64,000 nucleotides of DNA from a virus, in the IMG/VR virus record IMGVR_UViG_3300043774_000134, positions 2,559 to 66,558 of that record. One strand, 5' to 3'. The position numbers were made by a program, and so were the translations under genes. The notes below the pieces were generated by a model, which saw only the letters and a list, made by a program, of their open reading frames with translations, searched no databases and was not told the DNA's origin. The first letter of the stretch is position 1. The number at the start of each line of letters is the position of its first letter. Of this stretch, positions 20,671 through 31,476 are shown piece by piece.

Positions 20671-23600
20671 AATTAAATCGGTTTCCTCTTACTCTTTGCT
20701 GGTCTATTTGCTTAATTTGATCAAGTACCGTATTTGCAATTTCTCTTGGGTTTGCATTAGTACTTGCATTAACGCTAATACTATAATTATACACTGAGTC
20801 AGAATTATTATTTGTGTTTTTGTCGTACCCTCGGTTAAGCTCTGCTAGTCTACCTACACCAATTTTATCTACGGCAGATTTTTGCATAACGAATTCTCCT
20901 GCTGAAAGCATTGCAGGAATTGTGTCCGTTCCCTTTGCAAACATTTTTGCCATTCCTCCCAGAGCCATATATGACATCTTTCCACCTTTACTCATATATG
21001 CAACTTTTCCACCCTTACCGTAATATTTAACATCATACAGTTTACGCCAAGTTTGTGGACCAACAACACCATCTATGCCAATTCCTTGATTTGTCTGAAA
21101 ATTAATAACGGCTTGTCTTGTTTTTGGTCCAAAAATTCCATCTACTTCAAGACCTGCTCCACCAGTATTAAGAGCAGACTGAAGTTTTTTAACTGTGTCT
21201 CCTCTAGAACCAGAAGAAAGAAGTCCTGGGTAAGAGTATTCTGCTCTGGCAGGAGCTGAAGGTGCAGGAGTAGGTGCAGGGGTAGGCATAGAACCTATTG
21301 TAGGCACTACACCAGTAGCCAAAGCTGTTCCTAATGTAGTTGCAATAGTCAGAGCTTCTCGCATTGCATCTTGGAATTCTTTTGTTTTTGTATTAGCAAG
21401 CTCAAGACTTGTGTTAATTGCGTCCCACTCTTCTCTTGTTTTGCCAAGAACTGTAAGGGCATCAATCTGGTCTTGTTGCATTCTTTCAAGAAGTTCCATT
21501 TGGCGTTGAGCTGGCTCAATTCGTTTTTCTTCAATTTCAAGAATTTGCTGTTTAAGGTCACGAATTTTTTCTTCAATTTCTTCTCTTGTTAGTCCAGATT
21601 CTCCCTTTAGTGCATCAATTTGTGATTTCCTTGATGCGTCAAGCATTGATTTTTGATCTGCAATTGATCCAGCAGATGCCTGTGCTCGCATATCTTGTGC
21701 TGCTTTTGCTGCCCCTGCAATATCACCTCTAGAAAGAGCGTCTGCAAGTCCAAGTTGTGATTTTTGCTGAGCAATAATTTTATCATTAATCTTAGCAACT
21801 TCATCAAGAGCTTTTACTTTTTCATCGTAAGCTTTATTAATTTCAAATTCTTTATTAGAAATTCTTTCAAGGTCTGCGTCTAGATCGTCAAGCCCACCAG
21901 CTCTATTTTGAATATCTGCTATTGCTCTTTGTCCAGCTTCAACAATATCTTCAAATGGACTTCTTTGAATATCAAAATTAATCTTAATAGCATTTTCCTG
22001 TGCAGAGAATGCCTCAGCTGCATTACTCATTCCCTTTTTCCAAATTTCTTGTAGTCCAGGAATTGTGACTCTATTAATGTTAAACTCGTAAGTACCTGCG
22101 TTTTGTGCGTCAAGCAATGCCTGTCTAAGAGCTTCTGGGTCAAGGGTAGGTGTCATATACAGCCTAGCTGCATCAGGATTTTCAAGAAGGAATCTCTTTT
22201 GAATATCTGTTAGCGATGAGTCTGCTGCTAGTCTAGTTGCAAGAGCATTCTTTTCTTTGGTTTCCATTGCTGTGCTAGCAACTTTTTGTGCTGCTGCTAG
22301 GTCTTTTGTTGCCTTTTCAGCTTCTCTAGTTTTGGCGGTAAGCTCAGCAATCTGTGCAGTAGTAGCACCATGAGCAATAAGAGCTGCATCTTCAGCATTG
22401 CTAGCAATTGCATATGCATCTGCAAGGCTTAGCCCAGCTGCTACAAGTTTTCTAACTGCACTTGTTTGATCATTAATTGCTGTAATACGTTTTTGTTGGT
22501 CTGCAATTACTTCTGCAATTGTTCGTGGAGCTTTTTCTGATCCTCCACCGCCGCCGCCTCCACCATCTCCAGTGCCAGTATCAACTGGGAATGAATTAGC
22601 TGCTGACTGGGCAGATTCAACGTTTGATCTTGCAAGAGACTCTGAGTATTCTTGAAGTGCTGTGGACTGATTATAGTTCTTCAAAAAGGCAGCTTTTCCT
22701 CCATGTGCTGACGCATACCAATCTTTTAGTTTGGCTGCATCTGCTGGATTACTTAAATCTAGTGTATCTTTTACAGTTAATAGTGCTGTGGTATAAACTT
22801 TTTGATCGCTTGGAGAAAGGCCATTAAAGTATTCAGTTGCCTCTTTAGACAGTTCTAGTCCATATGTACTAATAAGAATCTCGGCAGTAATTGGGCCATT
22901 TGCAAAAAGATCTTCAAGTTTTTCAAAATCTGCTTTTATCTCATTTAGTCTATTTAGGTCTACCGTTCCATCATCATTGACAGCAAAGTTTACTACAGCA
23001 TCTACAGCCTCTTGACCACCAGCTGCATAAATATCTTTATACATTTTGTATAGTTCTGGATCTCCTCCAGCATCGGCATTAAGTGTTAGTTCAAAGTCTT
23101 GTCTTAGTGCTCCATCTTCAATCTGTGATGCCATTTGAACCATCATTGCACCATCAGCATTACCAATTTCTCCAACAATATCTAGAATAAACTGATTGTG
23201 TTTAGCAGCTTCGGCTTCATCTGCCCCTTCTAAAAGCTTTAGGAATGTTTCTGGAGGAATATCTCCTTGAGCTAAGACTGCTTTTACCTGATACTCTCTT
23301 AGCTGAGCCTCAGCACCGCCTCTTTCACTTCCAACAATTCTATCTCTAGCTCTTTTTGCTTGTTCAAGCATAACAGGATCATCAGCATATCTAGTTTCAA
23401 TTTGAGTATCCATCGCTTTACCCATTTCACCCATAGCAATAGAGTCTTGACCGACTACCTGTCCTTTTCTTGGTCCAGACTGAATTACTGTTCCAAGAGC
23501 TTTTTGGTATGGATCTGAAATAGCAGTTCTTGTATCTCTTTGATCTTGAAGCAATTTTTCTCTTGAGGCTTGATACTCAGTTGTCAATCCAGTAGTGTCT

Positions 23601-26600
23601 TCACCATTTGCAGTAGCATTTCTTAATCTCTTTTCATACTCAGTATCAAGAGAGTCTAGTAGTTGTGTCTGCTGTTCAAGAGTTTGTACCCCCATAGAAA
23701 CTACAAGACCTGAAACTTCAGAAATTCTTGCCCAGTTTAGACCTGCTGCTGGAAGAGTGTCTGTTAGTGATTTAATTTGATTTTGAATATTTGCAGATGA
23801 CTCTGAGCTAATTTCTGCAAGAACCTCAAGCTTTGAGTCTGCAAGAAGTTTTCCATCTGGACCAAACACATCATCAATTCTTGCATTAATGCTAAGCGCA
23901 AGGCTTGGATCTCCAAGTTTTTCTCCAAGAGCCATAACAATACTTTGAGCTGTTTCTTGATCTATTGCACCAGTAGCAACAGCTGTTGTCATTTGCTGAT
24001 AAATTTGTTCTTGAATAGTTGACATGTCAACATTTTTAAGATTATTGGCAATTGAATCTACCATAGCGGTTCCTTGTTCAGAGGCTACGAATTGCTTTCC
24101 AATTTCCTCATCTTCTACACCTTGAATACTTGAACGACCAATAAAGTCTTGTCTTTCTTTATCTTTAATTTGACTATCGCTAACTTGACCGCTGAATTTT
24201 GCAAACTCTTCCATAGCAGCTTTTCCAGCACCTAGAGAATTTCCAAAAGCTATAGCCTTATCTCTTGCTTCATTCATAGATTGATTTATAGCCATTGCAG
24301 CTCCTGCTACAGCAATAAGTCCACCAACAACTAATCCAGCAGGACCAGGAATCATAGTCATGGCAGAAGCAGCACCCATTAGTGGTCCAGCAATCGCCCC
24401 CATAGCGTCTCCTGCAGGTCCTCCAACCATTGAGCCAGCCATCATTGCTGCACTCATACCCATGCCAGCCATGCCTCCGCCTCTTTGGCCCATGCCCCTT
24501 ATGCCAGAAGAGATTCTAGAACGAAGACTTCTCTTTTGTGTTGTTGCAGCCTCTTGTTCTACAGCTGCTGCTGCTCTAGCTTCTGCATTTGCTCTTCGTG
24601 TTTCAACGCCTTTTCTTGCAGACTCTCTACGTTTTGCTGTTGCTGCTTCTCTTTCTGCAATATCTGCCTCTATTTCAGCAGCACGAATTTGTCTTCTTTG
24701 TGCAGCAAGAAGTTGTTTCTTGCGTTCTTCATTAGCTTTTGTATATGCACCTTTTTGTGCTGGTGTCATAGAAGCACGAGCCTCAGCTTCAGAAATTCTT
24801 CTAGATGCTGTGGCTGAATTCCTTGTTTGACTTCCTCCAGCAAGCTCTCTCTTTGCTTGCTCTCTCATTACTGGTACTAGCTCAGAAGGAAGGTTGGCAT
24901 TAATTCTTCTCTTAGAAGACCCTGCTCTAAATTCTCTAGGAGTTGACTGTGCTGTAGTTAGTGCTTGTTGTAGTTTAGGATCTGCTGTTTTAATAGCTGC
25001 GGCATAAAGTTTTTCAAGTGATGTAGCAGCTTTACCAGCATTTTGTGCCATATATTTATCTGCGTCTGCTTGTTTATCAAACATTACAGTGCCCTTACTT
25101 ACACTTGAAATAAGTCCTTGCAATTTTTGATCGAATGCTTTGGTTGAGGCTGCAAGCTGCTCAATATTTCCTCCACCAAGCTTAATACTTTGATTCCATT
25201 TATCAATTCCAGCATCTTTATATGCAGACAAAACTCCAGATTGTGACGCTCCGCCTACCGCAAGCTGTCTGTTGATTGATGAATTAAAGTTTGACATTCC
25301 AAGACCACTCTTAATAGATACAGTTTTATTTTCTTTAATCATTCTATCAAGAGCATCAATTTGTGTTTGTCCAAGACCAACGGTTCCATATTTCTTTTTA
25401 TACTCTGATGCCGACATCTCGACACCACTACCAATATGAGCAAAGTCTCCAGACGCTTGTCTTTTTTCAGCTCTCTGTTGTGTTAGTCCAAGTTTTTCAT
25501 CTAAGCTGCCTACAAGATTCTTGGCATTTTTTGAACCAGAATTTTTCCAAGTCATTAAAGAAGTATTCATTTTATCAATAAATTCAGAAATTGATCCTCC
25601 ACTTTGAGCAGTTGCAACAGCTCTTGACATAACCTGTCTTGCTGCAGTGACAGAAACATTTGCCTTAATAAGCTGTGACTTTATTTCATCGGCTTCGGCA
25701 CTATACCCTATTCCTCCAAGCTTTTTAAAGTTTGCTTGAAAACCAAGCTTATTTTTAGCTGGCTGCCCTTTGTCATTTACGTAACGCTCTCCAATAGTTC
25801 CGCCATTAACAAATCCTTGAATGTTACCAGAAATAAGACCTGAAACCATTCCAGGATATTTTTTAACTGTGCTTGCTGAAAGAATTGCTTCACCATTAGA
25901 AGCCATAATTGGAACGGAATCTGAGGTAGGGCCTCCAGGACCACTAATAATACCACCAGTAGCCATCTTCTTACCCTTGACACCTCTTCCTACTCCAGCA
26001 AGTCCAACCCTAGCAGAAGCAGCTGCTGCTCTTTCATATGCCGCTGTAAGATTGTTAACTGCTCCAGCTTCAGATGTAAACGTTTGAATAAGTCTATTGT
26101 GTGATTGATCAAGAGATGCAGCAACTGCAGCAGCCTCTAGCTGTTGCTGAGTCATATAATCTAGTTGTCCACCAAGTGTTTGAGAACTTCTTCCTACACC
26201 CAAGAATGTTTTACCTACAAATGCAAAAAACTTAATAAGGTTAGCTACACCGTTAGCAACAAGACCAAAGCTCATAAGCAGAATTGGTGCAATACCGCCA
26301 AGGGCAGCTGCAAGGACAACAACAAAATTCTTAGCACCTGCATCCATTTTATTAAATTCGTCTAATATTTTTGTTCCAAATTCAATAATTGGGGTTACAG
26401 CTTTAAGGAATGCCTCTCCTAGTGGTGCTAGTGCTGCCTGAAATTGCTCAACAGCAGCCTGAAACTTAAACATTGGAGAGTCAGAAATCTTTTCCATTTC
26501 TCGTTGTGACAAAATTGAAAGCTCCAAAGCTGATTTTGCTGTTAGCTCAAGAACACGACTAGCCTGTGATCCTTCTTTTGTAACGTTTTGGAATAGAGTA

Positions 26601-27952
26601 GACATACGAGCAAACTGGAACTTACCAAATAGCTGTTCAATTGCCTGTGCTCTGTTTGTTGGATCTAAGCTGTTTAAGGCATAACTTAGATCAAGGATCA
26701 TCTGCTTTACATTGCCCTTGTTACCGTCTACAATTCCTTGAAGATTAATTCCAAACTTACCAAGCATTTCGGTTGCTGCGGTGGTTGGGTTGATCATAGA
26801 GGCAAGACCAGACTTTAGTGCGTTAGCACCTTCAGAAGCATTGATGCCACCTTCGCGCATTGCTGTTAGGAAGAATGCAAGGTCTTGAACATTACCACCA
26901 AGTTGCTGAACAACTGGAGCAGCTGTTGGAATGGCTTCTGTTAAGTCTTCAATAGATGTGACGGTTTGGTTCTCAACTCCGTTAAGAAAGTTAATTTCTT
27001 TGGCAAGGTTTTTTGTTGCAATACCAAAAGCATTTGTAAGAGAGGTCGTTGTTTCAAGTGCTTGTTGCTGATCTACCCCACCAAGAACTGAAAGTCTTGA
27101 TGCTTCATTAACTTGAGCCATTAGGTCAGCACCTTGCTTACCCATAGCAGCAGCATCTGCTGCAAGAGCCATTGTCTTATCAACAGCAAGTCCGTACTTA
27201 GTAAACTCTGTAGCCAGAGTCTTAATCTGTTGAACCATCTGATCTGCTTCTGATGTTGGTGTAAACGTATCACCATAAACACGCTTGAACCTAATCGACT
27301 GTTCTTCAAGCTTCATAAATTCTCTAGCAGCAGCAGCACCAGCAATTCCAAGCGGAATAGAGAAACCGACCATAAGCTGGCGACCAGCCCACTGAGTATT
27401 TTTACCAAAGTTTAGAAGATTTGTAGAGCCTTGCTTTACCATTTGGTTTAGGATCTGCATTTTTTGTGAAGCAATAGCAGTCTTTGTTCCAAGATCATTC
27501 ATATCAAGAACTTGTGGTCTAATGGCAATGGCCTTCATTGCGCCAGATGCGTCACGACCAACTTGAATGTATTGAGTTTGAAGCGTCTTTACTCTTTCAC
27601 GAGCAACTTTTTCAATTGTATTAAATTCTTTAGTAAATATAGTGCTAAAGGTTTTAAATGATCCAGCGGAATATCTAAAATACTCTCGCATTGAAAGCTT
27701 GTTTTTTTCAAGACTTGAGGTAAAGGATTCGGTTGTTGAAGAAACCCTTTTCATTGAAGCAGTAAACTGCCCTGTGGCATTAACAGAGTTCATTAACCCC
27801 TGTTGAAGTTGTGCAGATGTTGCAGCAGCAGCTGCACCACCCTTTGCCATTGAGGTATGGAAGGCTGATAGTTCCGACTGGAGTCTCCTGATAGATGCAA
27901 GAGCACTCGAAGTGTCAATATTTACATTAATATTGGATTCAACATCAGCCAT
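20660..27952 (-). CDS. Tape measure protein (2430 aa) with C-terminal peptidoglycan-binding domain
   Basis: Ala-rich helical; TP901-type core; GSRGDTVKKLQSALN..DGIFGPKT..DGVVGPQTW. Confidence 0.93.
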   Translation of the reverse strand: MADVESNINVNIDTSSALASIRRLQSELSAFHTSMAKGGAAAAATSAQLQQGLMNSVNATGQFTASMKRVSSTTESFTSSLEKNKLSMREYFRYSAGSFKTFSTIFTKEFNTIEKVARERVKTLQTQYIQVGRDASGAMKAIAIRPQVLDMNDLGTKTAIASQKMQILNQMVKQGSTNLLNFGKNTQWAGRQLMVGFSIPLGIAGAAAAREFMKLEEQSIRFKRVYGDTFTPTSEADQMVQQIKTLATEFTKYGLAVDKTMALAADAAAMGKQGADLMAQVNEASRLSVLGGVDQQQALETTTSLTNAFGIATKNLAKEINFLNGVENQTVTSIEDLTEAIPTAAPVVQQLGGNVQDLAFFLTAMREGGINASEGANALKSGLASMINPTTAATEMLGKFGINLQGIVDGNKGNVKQMILDLSYALNSLDPTNRAQAIEQLFGKFQFARMSTLFQNVTKEGSQASRVLELTAKSALELSILSQREMEKISDSPMFKFQAAVEQFQAALAPLGEAFLKAVTPIIEFGTKILDEFNKMDAGAKNFVVVLAAALGGIAPILLMSFGLVANGVANLIKFFAFVGKTFLGVGRSSQTLGGQLDYMTQQQLEAAAVAASLDQSHNRLIQTFTSEAGAVNNLTAAYERAAAASARVGLAGVGRGVKGKKMATGGIISGPGGPTSDSVPIMASNGEAILSASTVKKYPGMVSGLISGNIQGFVNGGTIGERYVNDKGQPAKNKLGFQANFKKLGGIGYSAEADEIKSQLIKANVSVTAARQVMSRAVATAQSGGSISEFIDKMNTSLMTWKNSGSKNAKNLVGSLDEKLGLTQQRAEKRQASGDFAHIGSGVEMSASEYKKKYGTVGLGQTQIDALDRMIKENKTVSIKSGLGMSNFNSSINRQLAVGGASQSGVLSAYKDAGIDKWNQSIKLGGGNIEQLAASTKAFDQKLQGLISSVSKGTVMFDKQADADKYMAQNAGKAATSLEKLYAAAIKTADPKLQQALTTAQSTPREFRAGSSKRRINANLPSELVPVMREQAKRELAGGSQTRNSATASRRISEAEARASMTPAQKGAYTKANEERKKQLLAAQRRQIRAAEIEADIAEREAATAKRRESARKGVETRRANAEARAAAAVEQEAATTQKRSLRSRISSGIRGMGQRGGGMAGMGMSAAMMAGSMVGGPAGDAMGAIAGPLMGAASAMTMIPGPAGLVVGGLIAVAGAAMAINQSMNEARDKAIAFGNSLGAGKAAMEEFAKFSGQVSDSQIKDKERQDFIGRSSIQGVEDEEIGKQFVASEQGTAMVDSIANNLKNVDMSTIQEQIYQQMTTAVATGAIDQETAQSIVMALGEKLGDPSLALSINARIDDVFGPDGKLLADSKLEVLAEISSESSANIQNQIKSLTDTLPAAGLNWARISEVSGLVVSMGVQTLEQQTQLLDSLDTEYEKRLRNATANGEDTTGLTTEYQASREKLLQDQRDTRTAISDPYQKALGTVIQSGPRKGQVVGQDSIAMGEMGKAMDTQIETRYADDPVMLEQAKRARDRIVGSERGGAEAQLREYQVKAVLAQGDIPPETFLKLLEGADEAEAAKHNQFILDIVGEIGNADGAMMVQMASQIEDGALRQDFELTLNADAGGDPELYKMYKDIYAAGGQEAVDAVVNFAVNDDGTVDLNRLNEIKADFEKLEDLFANGPITAEILISTYGLELSKEATEYFNGLSPSDQKVYTTALLTVKDTLDLSNPADAAKLKDWYASAHGGKAAFLKNYNQSTALQEYSESLARSNVESAQSAANSFPVDTGTGDGGGGGGGGSEKAPRTIAEVIADQQKRITAINDQTSAVRKLVAAGLSLADAYAIASNAEDAALIAHGATTAQIAELTAKTREAEKATKDLAAAQKVASTAMETKEKNALATRLAADSSLTDIQKRFLLENPDAARLYMTPTLDPEALRQALLDAQNAGTYEFNINRVTIPGLQEIWKKGMSNAAEAFSAQENAIKINFDIQRSPFEDIVEAGQRAIADIQNRAGGLDDLDADLERISNKEFEINKAYDEKVKALDEVAKINDKIIAQQKSQLGLADALSRGDIAGAAKAAQDMRAQASAGSIADQKSMLDASRKSQIDALKGESGLTREEIEEKIRDLKQQILEIEEKRIEPAQRQMELLERMQQDQIDALTVLGKTREEWDAINTSLELANTKTKEFQDAMREALTIATTLGTALATGVVPTIGSMPTPAPTPAPSAPARAEYSYPGLLSSGSRGDTVKKLQSALNTGGAGLEVDGIFGPKTRQAVINFQTNQGIGIDGVVGPQTWRKLYDVKYYGKGGKVAYMSKGGKMSYMALGGMAKMFAKGTDTIPAMLSAGEFVMQKSAVDKIGVGRLAELNRGYDKNTNNNSDSVYNYSISVNASTNANPREIANTVLDQIKQIDQQRVRGNRFNYAQ

Positions 27953-27970
27953 CCAGTAGCACCTCTAATC

Positions 27971-28282
27971 TTAACCTATAAGGTTTGTATCTGACAGCTT
28001 AACGCCAGAAGCCTCTTCCACAATCTTATAGACTGTAGGTAAGTCAAGGTTATCCTCCAAAGCTTTTAGGTCATCTGCAATTTCAGGCTTGTACTGCTTC
28101 ATAGCGATTTGTACGCATTCCATAAGAATACTCATTGATTTGTCGTTATCATCAGCCACCTCGGCAATCGCCTGGAACTTCTTCATAAATGGACGAAGTA
28201 GCGAAATCTTTAGGGGTCGCACACTAATTGTTTGTCCGTCGATAAGCGTAATAGTCTTATCTTCATTTACAGTTGTAGACAT
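27971..28282 (-). CDS. Tail assembly chaperone (short, G-like)
   Basis: Lies between the major tail and tape measure genes; paralog of the N-terminal half of 28321-28998. Confidence 0.75.
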   Translation of the reverse strand: MSTTVNEDKTITLIDGQTISVRPLKISLLRPFMKKFQAIAEVADDNDKSMSILMECVQIAMKQYKPEIADDLKALEDNLDLPTVYKIVEEASGVKLSDTNLIG

Positions 28283-28320
28283 TAATCCTCCTTGTTTGTC
28301 TTAATCAATTGTATCATATA

Positions 28321-28998
28321 CTAATCCCATTTTTCATAGGACAATCCTTGACCAATTCCAAATCCTGCCATATTTGCAGCCACTCCTTGCAAAGCAAGAA
28401 TATCCTTTGGATCACTAGTTGCTCCACCACTAAACACTTTTGTTTTTAGTTTTTGCCATGCATCTGGCTCACCAGCTTGTTCATCAAGATTTACTCCCTG
28501 GATTGCAGCAAGAAACTTTTTTTCTTGATAATCTAATTCTCTTTTTGAACTTAAAGTAATTGTTATTTCTGGCAAAGATAAAGAACTTTCTAAGTCATTA
28601 TAATCTTTCCAATTACCAAGCAAAAACAACTCTCCTTCAATTTTTGCCAAATCAAACTCTGACCAGCTTGAACCTTTTTCTGCTTGTTCTTTTACAGGTT
28701 CTTCAGAGTCTACGTTAAGCCTAATGTTTGCTGCAAACTCAATAACTTTATAGATCATAGACATGTCGCAAACATCTTCTACTAATTCTTTAGTTGATAT
28801 TTCTGGTCTAAACTGTTTCATACATATTGCTACACATGCTGAAAGTCTTTCAATTGCCTCTTCATCGTCCCTTGCCATTTTTACGTTTTCAAACTCAAGC
28901 ATAAACTCTCTTAAAAATTTAATTTTAAGAGGAGATATTGTTAAAGTATGCCCATCAAGAAGTTCTACTTCGCAAGTTTCATATATTTTTGTAGCCAT
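28321..28998 (-). CDS. Tail assembly chaperone (long, GT-like)
   Basis: Position; N-terminal half paralogous to 27971-28282; leaderless TATACT-N6-ATG. Confidence 0.75.
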   Translation of the reverse strand: MATKIYETCEVELLDGHTLTISPLKIKFLREFMLEFENVKMARDDEEAIERLSACVAICMKQFRPEISTKELVEDVCDMSMIYKVIEFAANIRLNVDSEEPVKEQAEKGSSWSEFDLAKIEGELFLLGNWKDYNDLESSLSLPEITITLSSKRELDYQEKKFLAAIQGVNLDEQAGEPDAWQKLKTKVFSGGATSDPKDILALQGVAANMAGFGIGQGLSYEKWD

Positions 28999-29013
28999 TG
29001 TTTAAGTATAGCA

Positions 29014-29041
29014 AAAAGAAAGGCCCAGGTTTCCCTGGGCC
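29014..29041 (-). terminator. Intrinsic terminator after the major tail gene
   Basis: Minus strand GGCCCAGG-GAAA-CCTGGGCC-TTTCTTTT. Confidence 0.85.
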
Positions 29042-29057
29042 AATCTAACATGTTTAA

Positions 29058-29741
29058 TTATGAACGTGGTGTTGAATCTGCAGTGTATGTGCGGTCAACA
29101 ATCTTACCGTATACTCCTGCGTCATTTGGTAGAAGACGGAATGATACTTCGAACATTGTTGCCTCTTCACGCTTTGCTGCAACTGTAACGCTTTCAATTG
29201 AAAGAGCACGGTATGCAACGTAGATACGCTCAATCTGCTCTGTTGGAGCACAGTTACCTGTACCTGGACCAACAGCAACAAGACCTCGCTCGATTGGACA
29301 TTCACCGAGTTCTCCTGCCTTTAGGACAAGAGTCTTCTCGGATCCAATTCCATTTGTAGTCATAGTTCCAAGATCAGCCTCAGCTGCTGCAGTTGCAAGA
29401 AGAAGGTTCTCTAGAGTTGCTTCTGCAAAAGAAGTTCTCATGTTTACTCTCATGCCCTGCTTGTAAAGCTTTGCTGTATCAAGAATCTGATCTACAGTAA
29501 CCTCACCAAAGTCAGGCTCGAACATTAGCTCAAGACCGTTTGATGTGTAACCTACGTTACGGAAACCCTCTGTTCCAACGTTGTTATTTTCTGCTGTTGC
29601 ACCAATTGACAAAGCTGAAACATAAGAGTTAGCTGCGATTGCTGTAGGTAGTGCTGCATCTGTTAGGATTCCCTCTTCAAATGTAAAGAGAGAAGCTGCA
29701 CCAACAATAATGTTGTTGCTTGTTCCTTTTGAATATGCCAT
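29058..29741 (-). CDS. Major tail (tube) protein
   Basis: NIIVGAA..VGYTSNGLEL..FAEATLENL..FEVSFRLLP; strong SD; terminator downstream. Confidence 0.85.
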   Translation of the reverse strand: MAYSKGTSNNIIVGAASLFTFEEGILTDAALPTAIAANSYVSALSIGATAENNNVGTEGFRNVGYTSNGLELMFEPDFGEVTVDQILDTAKLYKQGMRVNMRTSFAEATLENLLLATAAAEADLGTMTTNGIGSEKTLVLKAGELGECPIERGLVAVGPGTGNCAPTEQIERIYVAYRALSIESVTVAAKREEATMFEVSFRLLPNDAGVYGKIVDRTYTADSTPRS

Positions 29742-29804
29742 ATTTTTTCACCTCATTTTTCTGTAAAATTTGGGGCGTTTCCTCATTTAAAGTTTATCAT
29801 TCAT

Positions 29805-30350
29805 TTATGAATAATCTTTTGTGTGATAACAATAGTCAATAATTATTTTATTTCCAGCATAAGTTCTAGCTGTTCCAAAATCAATAATATCTCTTGTTTC
29901 TTGCAGCTGAAAAACTTTTAGGTAGTGAAAGTATACTGGCTTAAACTCTCTTTGCAAAGACCCAGAACCAAAAGGCACTACGCCATTAACAACCTTCTTT
30001 TGTAGCCATTCGTTTATTTCTTGTCCTGACTCATCTCCACGGTCTAGAAGATCTGCAACAATTTGGGTAGTTTCAATAAGTGCTTCTGGATCACTATTAG
30101 TCTTATAGAAGTAATAGATAACTTGTTCTCTTTTAATGTGTGGAAATGGCCCTGGACGCATTTTAAGCATTCTGTCATATACCGCAAAAACATCGCTTGA
30201 TGCTTCTGGAAATCCCTCTGTCAACGCACTGATGTCTGTTGGCAGTGTGGGAAAAAATCTCATTGCTCCAGAAAATCTTTCTGGTATTCTATCTGTAACC
30301 TTTTCTGCTAAGTATTCATTAATAAATACTGGTGGATATGAAATAGCCAT
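29805..30350 (-). CDS. Tail terminator/completion protein (putative)
   Basis: Synteny: last neck gene before the major tail gene. Confidence 0.55.
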   Translation of the reverse strand: MAISYPPVFINEYLAEKVTDRIPERFSGAMRFFPTLPTDISALTEGFPEASSDVFAVYDRMLKMRPGPFPHIKREQVIYYFYKTNSDPEALIETTQIVADLLDRGDESGQEINEWLQKKVVNGVVPFGSGSLQREFKPVYFHYLKVFQLQETRDIIDFGTARTYAGNKIIIDYCYHTKDYS

Positions 30351-31027
30351 TATTTAATTCCTCCTGAAATCCACTTAATTCCCATTCTTGTTCCAAGTGT
30401 TCTTCCTCCAGATTTTGCTGAACGAAATCCATCATTAAACTCTGAAGCAACTTCAAAATGTTTTCTTAGTCCAGTTACATCGAGCAATGCTTGTGAAATA
30501 TACTGTGTAAAAAATTGTGTAAAAGCATTTTTTAATCCACCTTCAGCATTTGCCCCTCCTGGATTTTCTACAGTTACAGGTCTTTTTGTAAACACTGTTT
30601 TTCCATCAACATCAAAAGCTAATGCCTGAGCCTTAACTGGAGTAATTGTTACTGGAACACCATACTCCATAATTCTTGCTTTATCATAAAATGGTGTGGT
30701 TGATCCATTTTTAACAGAGCTAGACTGACTTAGTGTAAAGCCAAAAGTCAATCCTCTACCAGTTGATGTATATACAATATCGAACAGTCTTGCATCTGAG
30801 CTTCCATTTTGATACCACTCATAAACATGACTAAGAGATTCTGGATCTACTCTTGCACTTGAGTCAATAAACTCTTCAAGAATTTTTTTAACGCTTACAC
30901 CAACAAGTTTCATTAATTGTGGCTTTCCTGCCCTTGTTCCATCTAAAAAACCAAGCATATATTCTGTAACACTCTTCATGTCTTTTGTAAATTGAGCATC
31001 ATCAAAAGATGGGGTAATTGTTGTCAT
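30350..31027 (-). CDS. Neck/tail completion protein (putative)
   Basis: Synteny in the head-tail joining cluster. Confidence 0.55.
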   Translation of the reverse strand: MTTITPSFDDAQFTKDMKSVTEYMLGFLDGTRAGKPQLMKLVGVSVKKILEEFIDSSARVDPESLSHVYEWYQNGSSDARLFDIVYTSTGRGLTFGFTLSQSSSVKNGSTTPFYDKARIMEYGVPVTITPVKAQALAFDVDGKTVFTKRPVTVENPGGANAEGGLKNAFTQFFTQYISQALLDVTGLRKHFEVASEFNDGFRSAKSGGRTLGTRMGIKWISGGIK

Positions 31028-31476
31028 ACATCTACCCCCTGGTTTTCAGATCTTCTAATTAAAACCTTGTAGTATTCTACTTTTCCAAAAGCACCGACTA
31101 TTGGATCATTTGTTGCAATCTCAAAAATAGTTGATTTTCCTGATCTTGGGCCACTTGTTTCAATATAAATTGGATTACCTCTATTGTCACGGATATTTGT
31201 AATAATGATATTAGTTATAGAATTTGCTGCAGCTAAGCTAGAAATACGAATATCGTTTTTTGTCCTGCCAATAAGAATATTGTCTAATGTTATATGAACA
31301 TTGGGCTTCACTTCTTCCTTAGTCTTTGAGCTGAGTGATGCAAATGAACAAGCTATTGTAGCGTCAAGCATCCACTGTTTGGCTACGTTTCCGTAAGGTC
31401 CCTGCTCTACTATTGGATAATAGATATCTGCAAGTAGTGGATAAAATACATTAGTGGTTTCACAAACAATTTGCAT
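31024..31476 (-). CDS. Head-tail stopper (putative)
   Basis: Synteny; beta-rich 150 aa. Confidence 0.55.
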   Translation of the reverse strand: MQIVCETTNVFYPLLADIYYPIVEQGPYGNVAKQWMLDATIACSFASLSSKTKEEVKPNVHITLDNILIGRTKNDIRISSLAAANSITNIIITNIRDNRGNPIYIETSGPRSGKSTIFEIATNDPIVGAFGKVEYYKVLIRRSENQGVDV

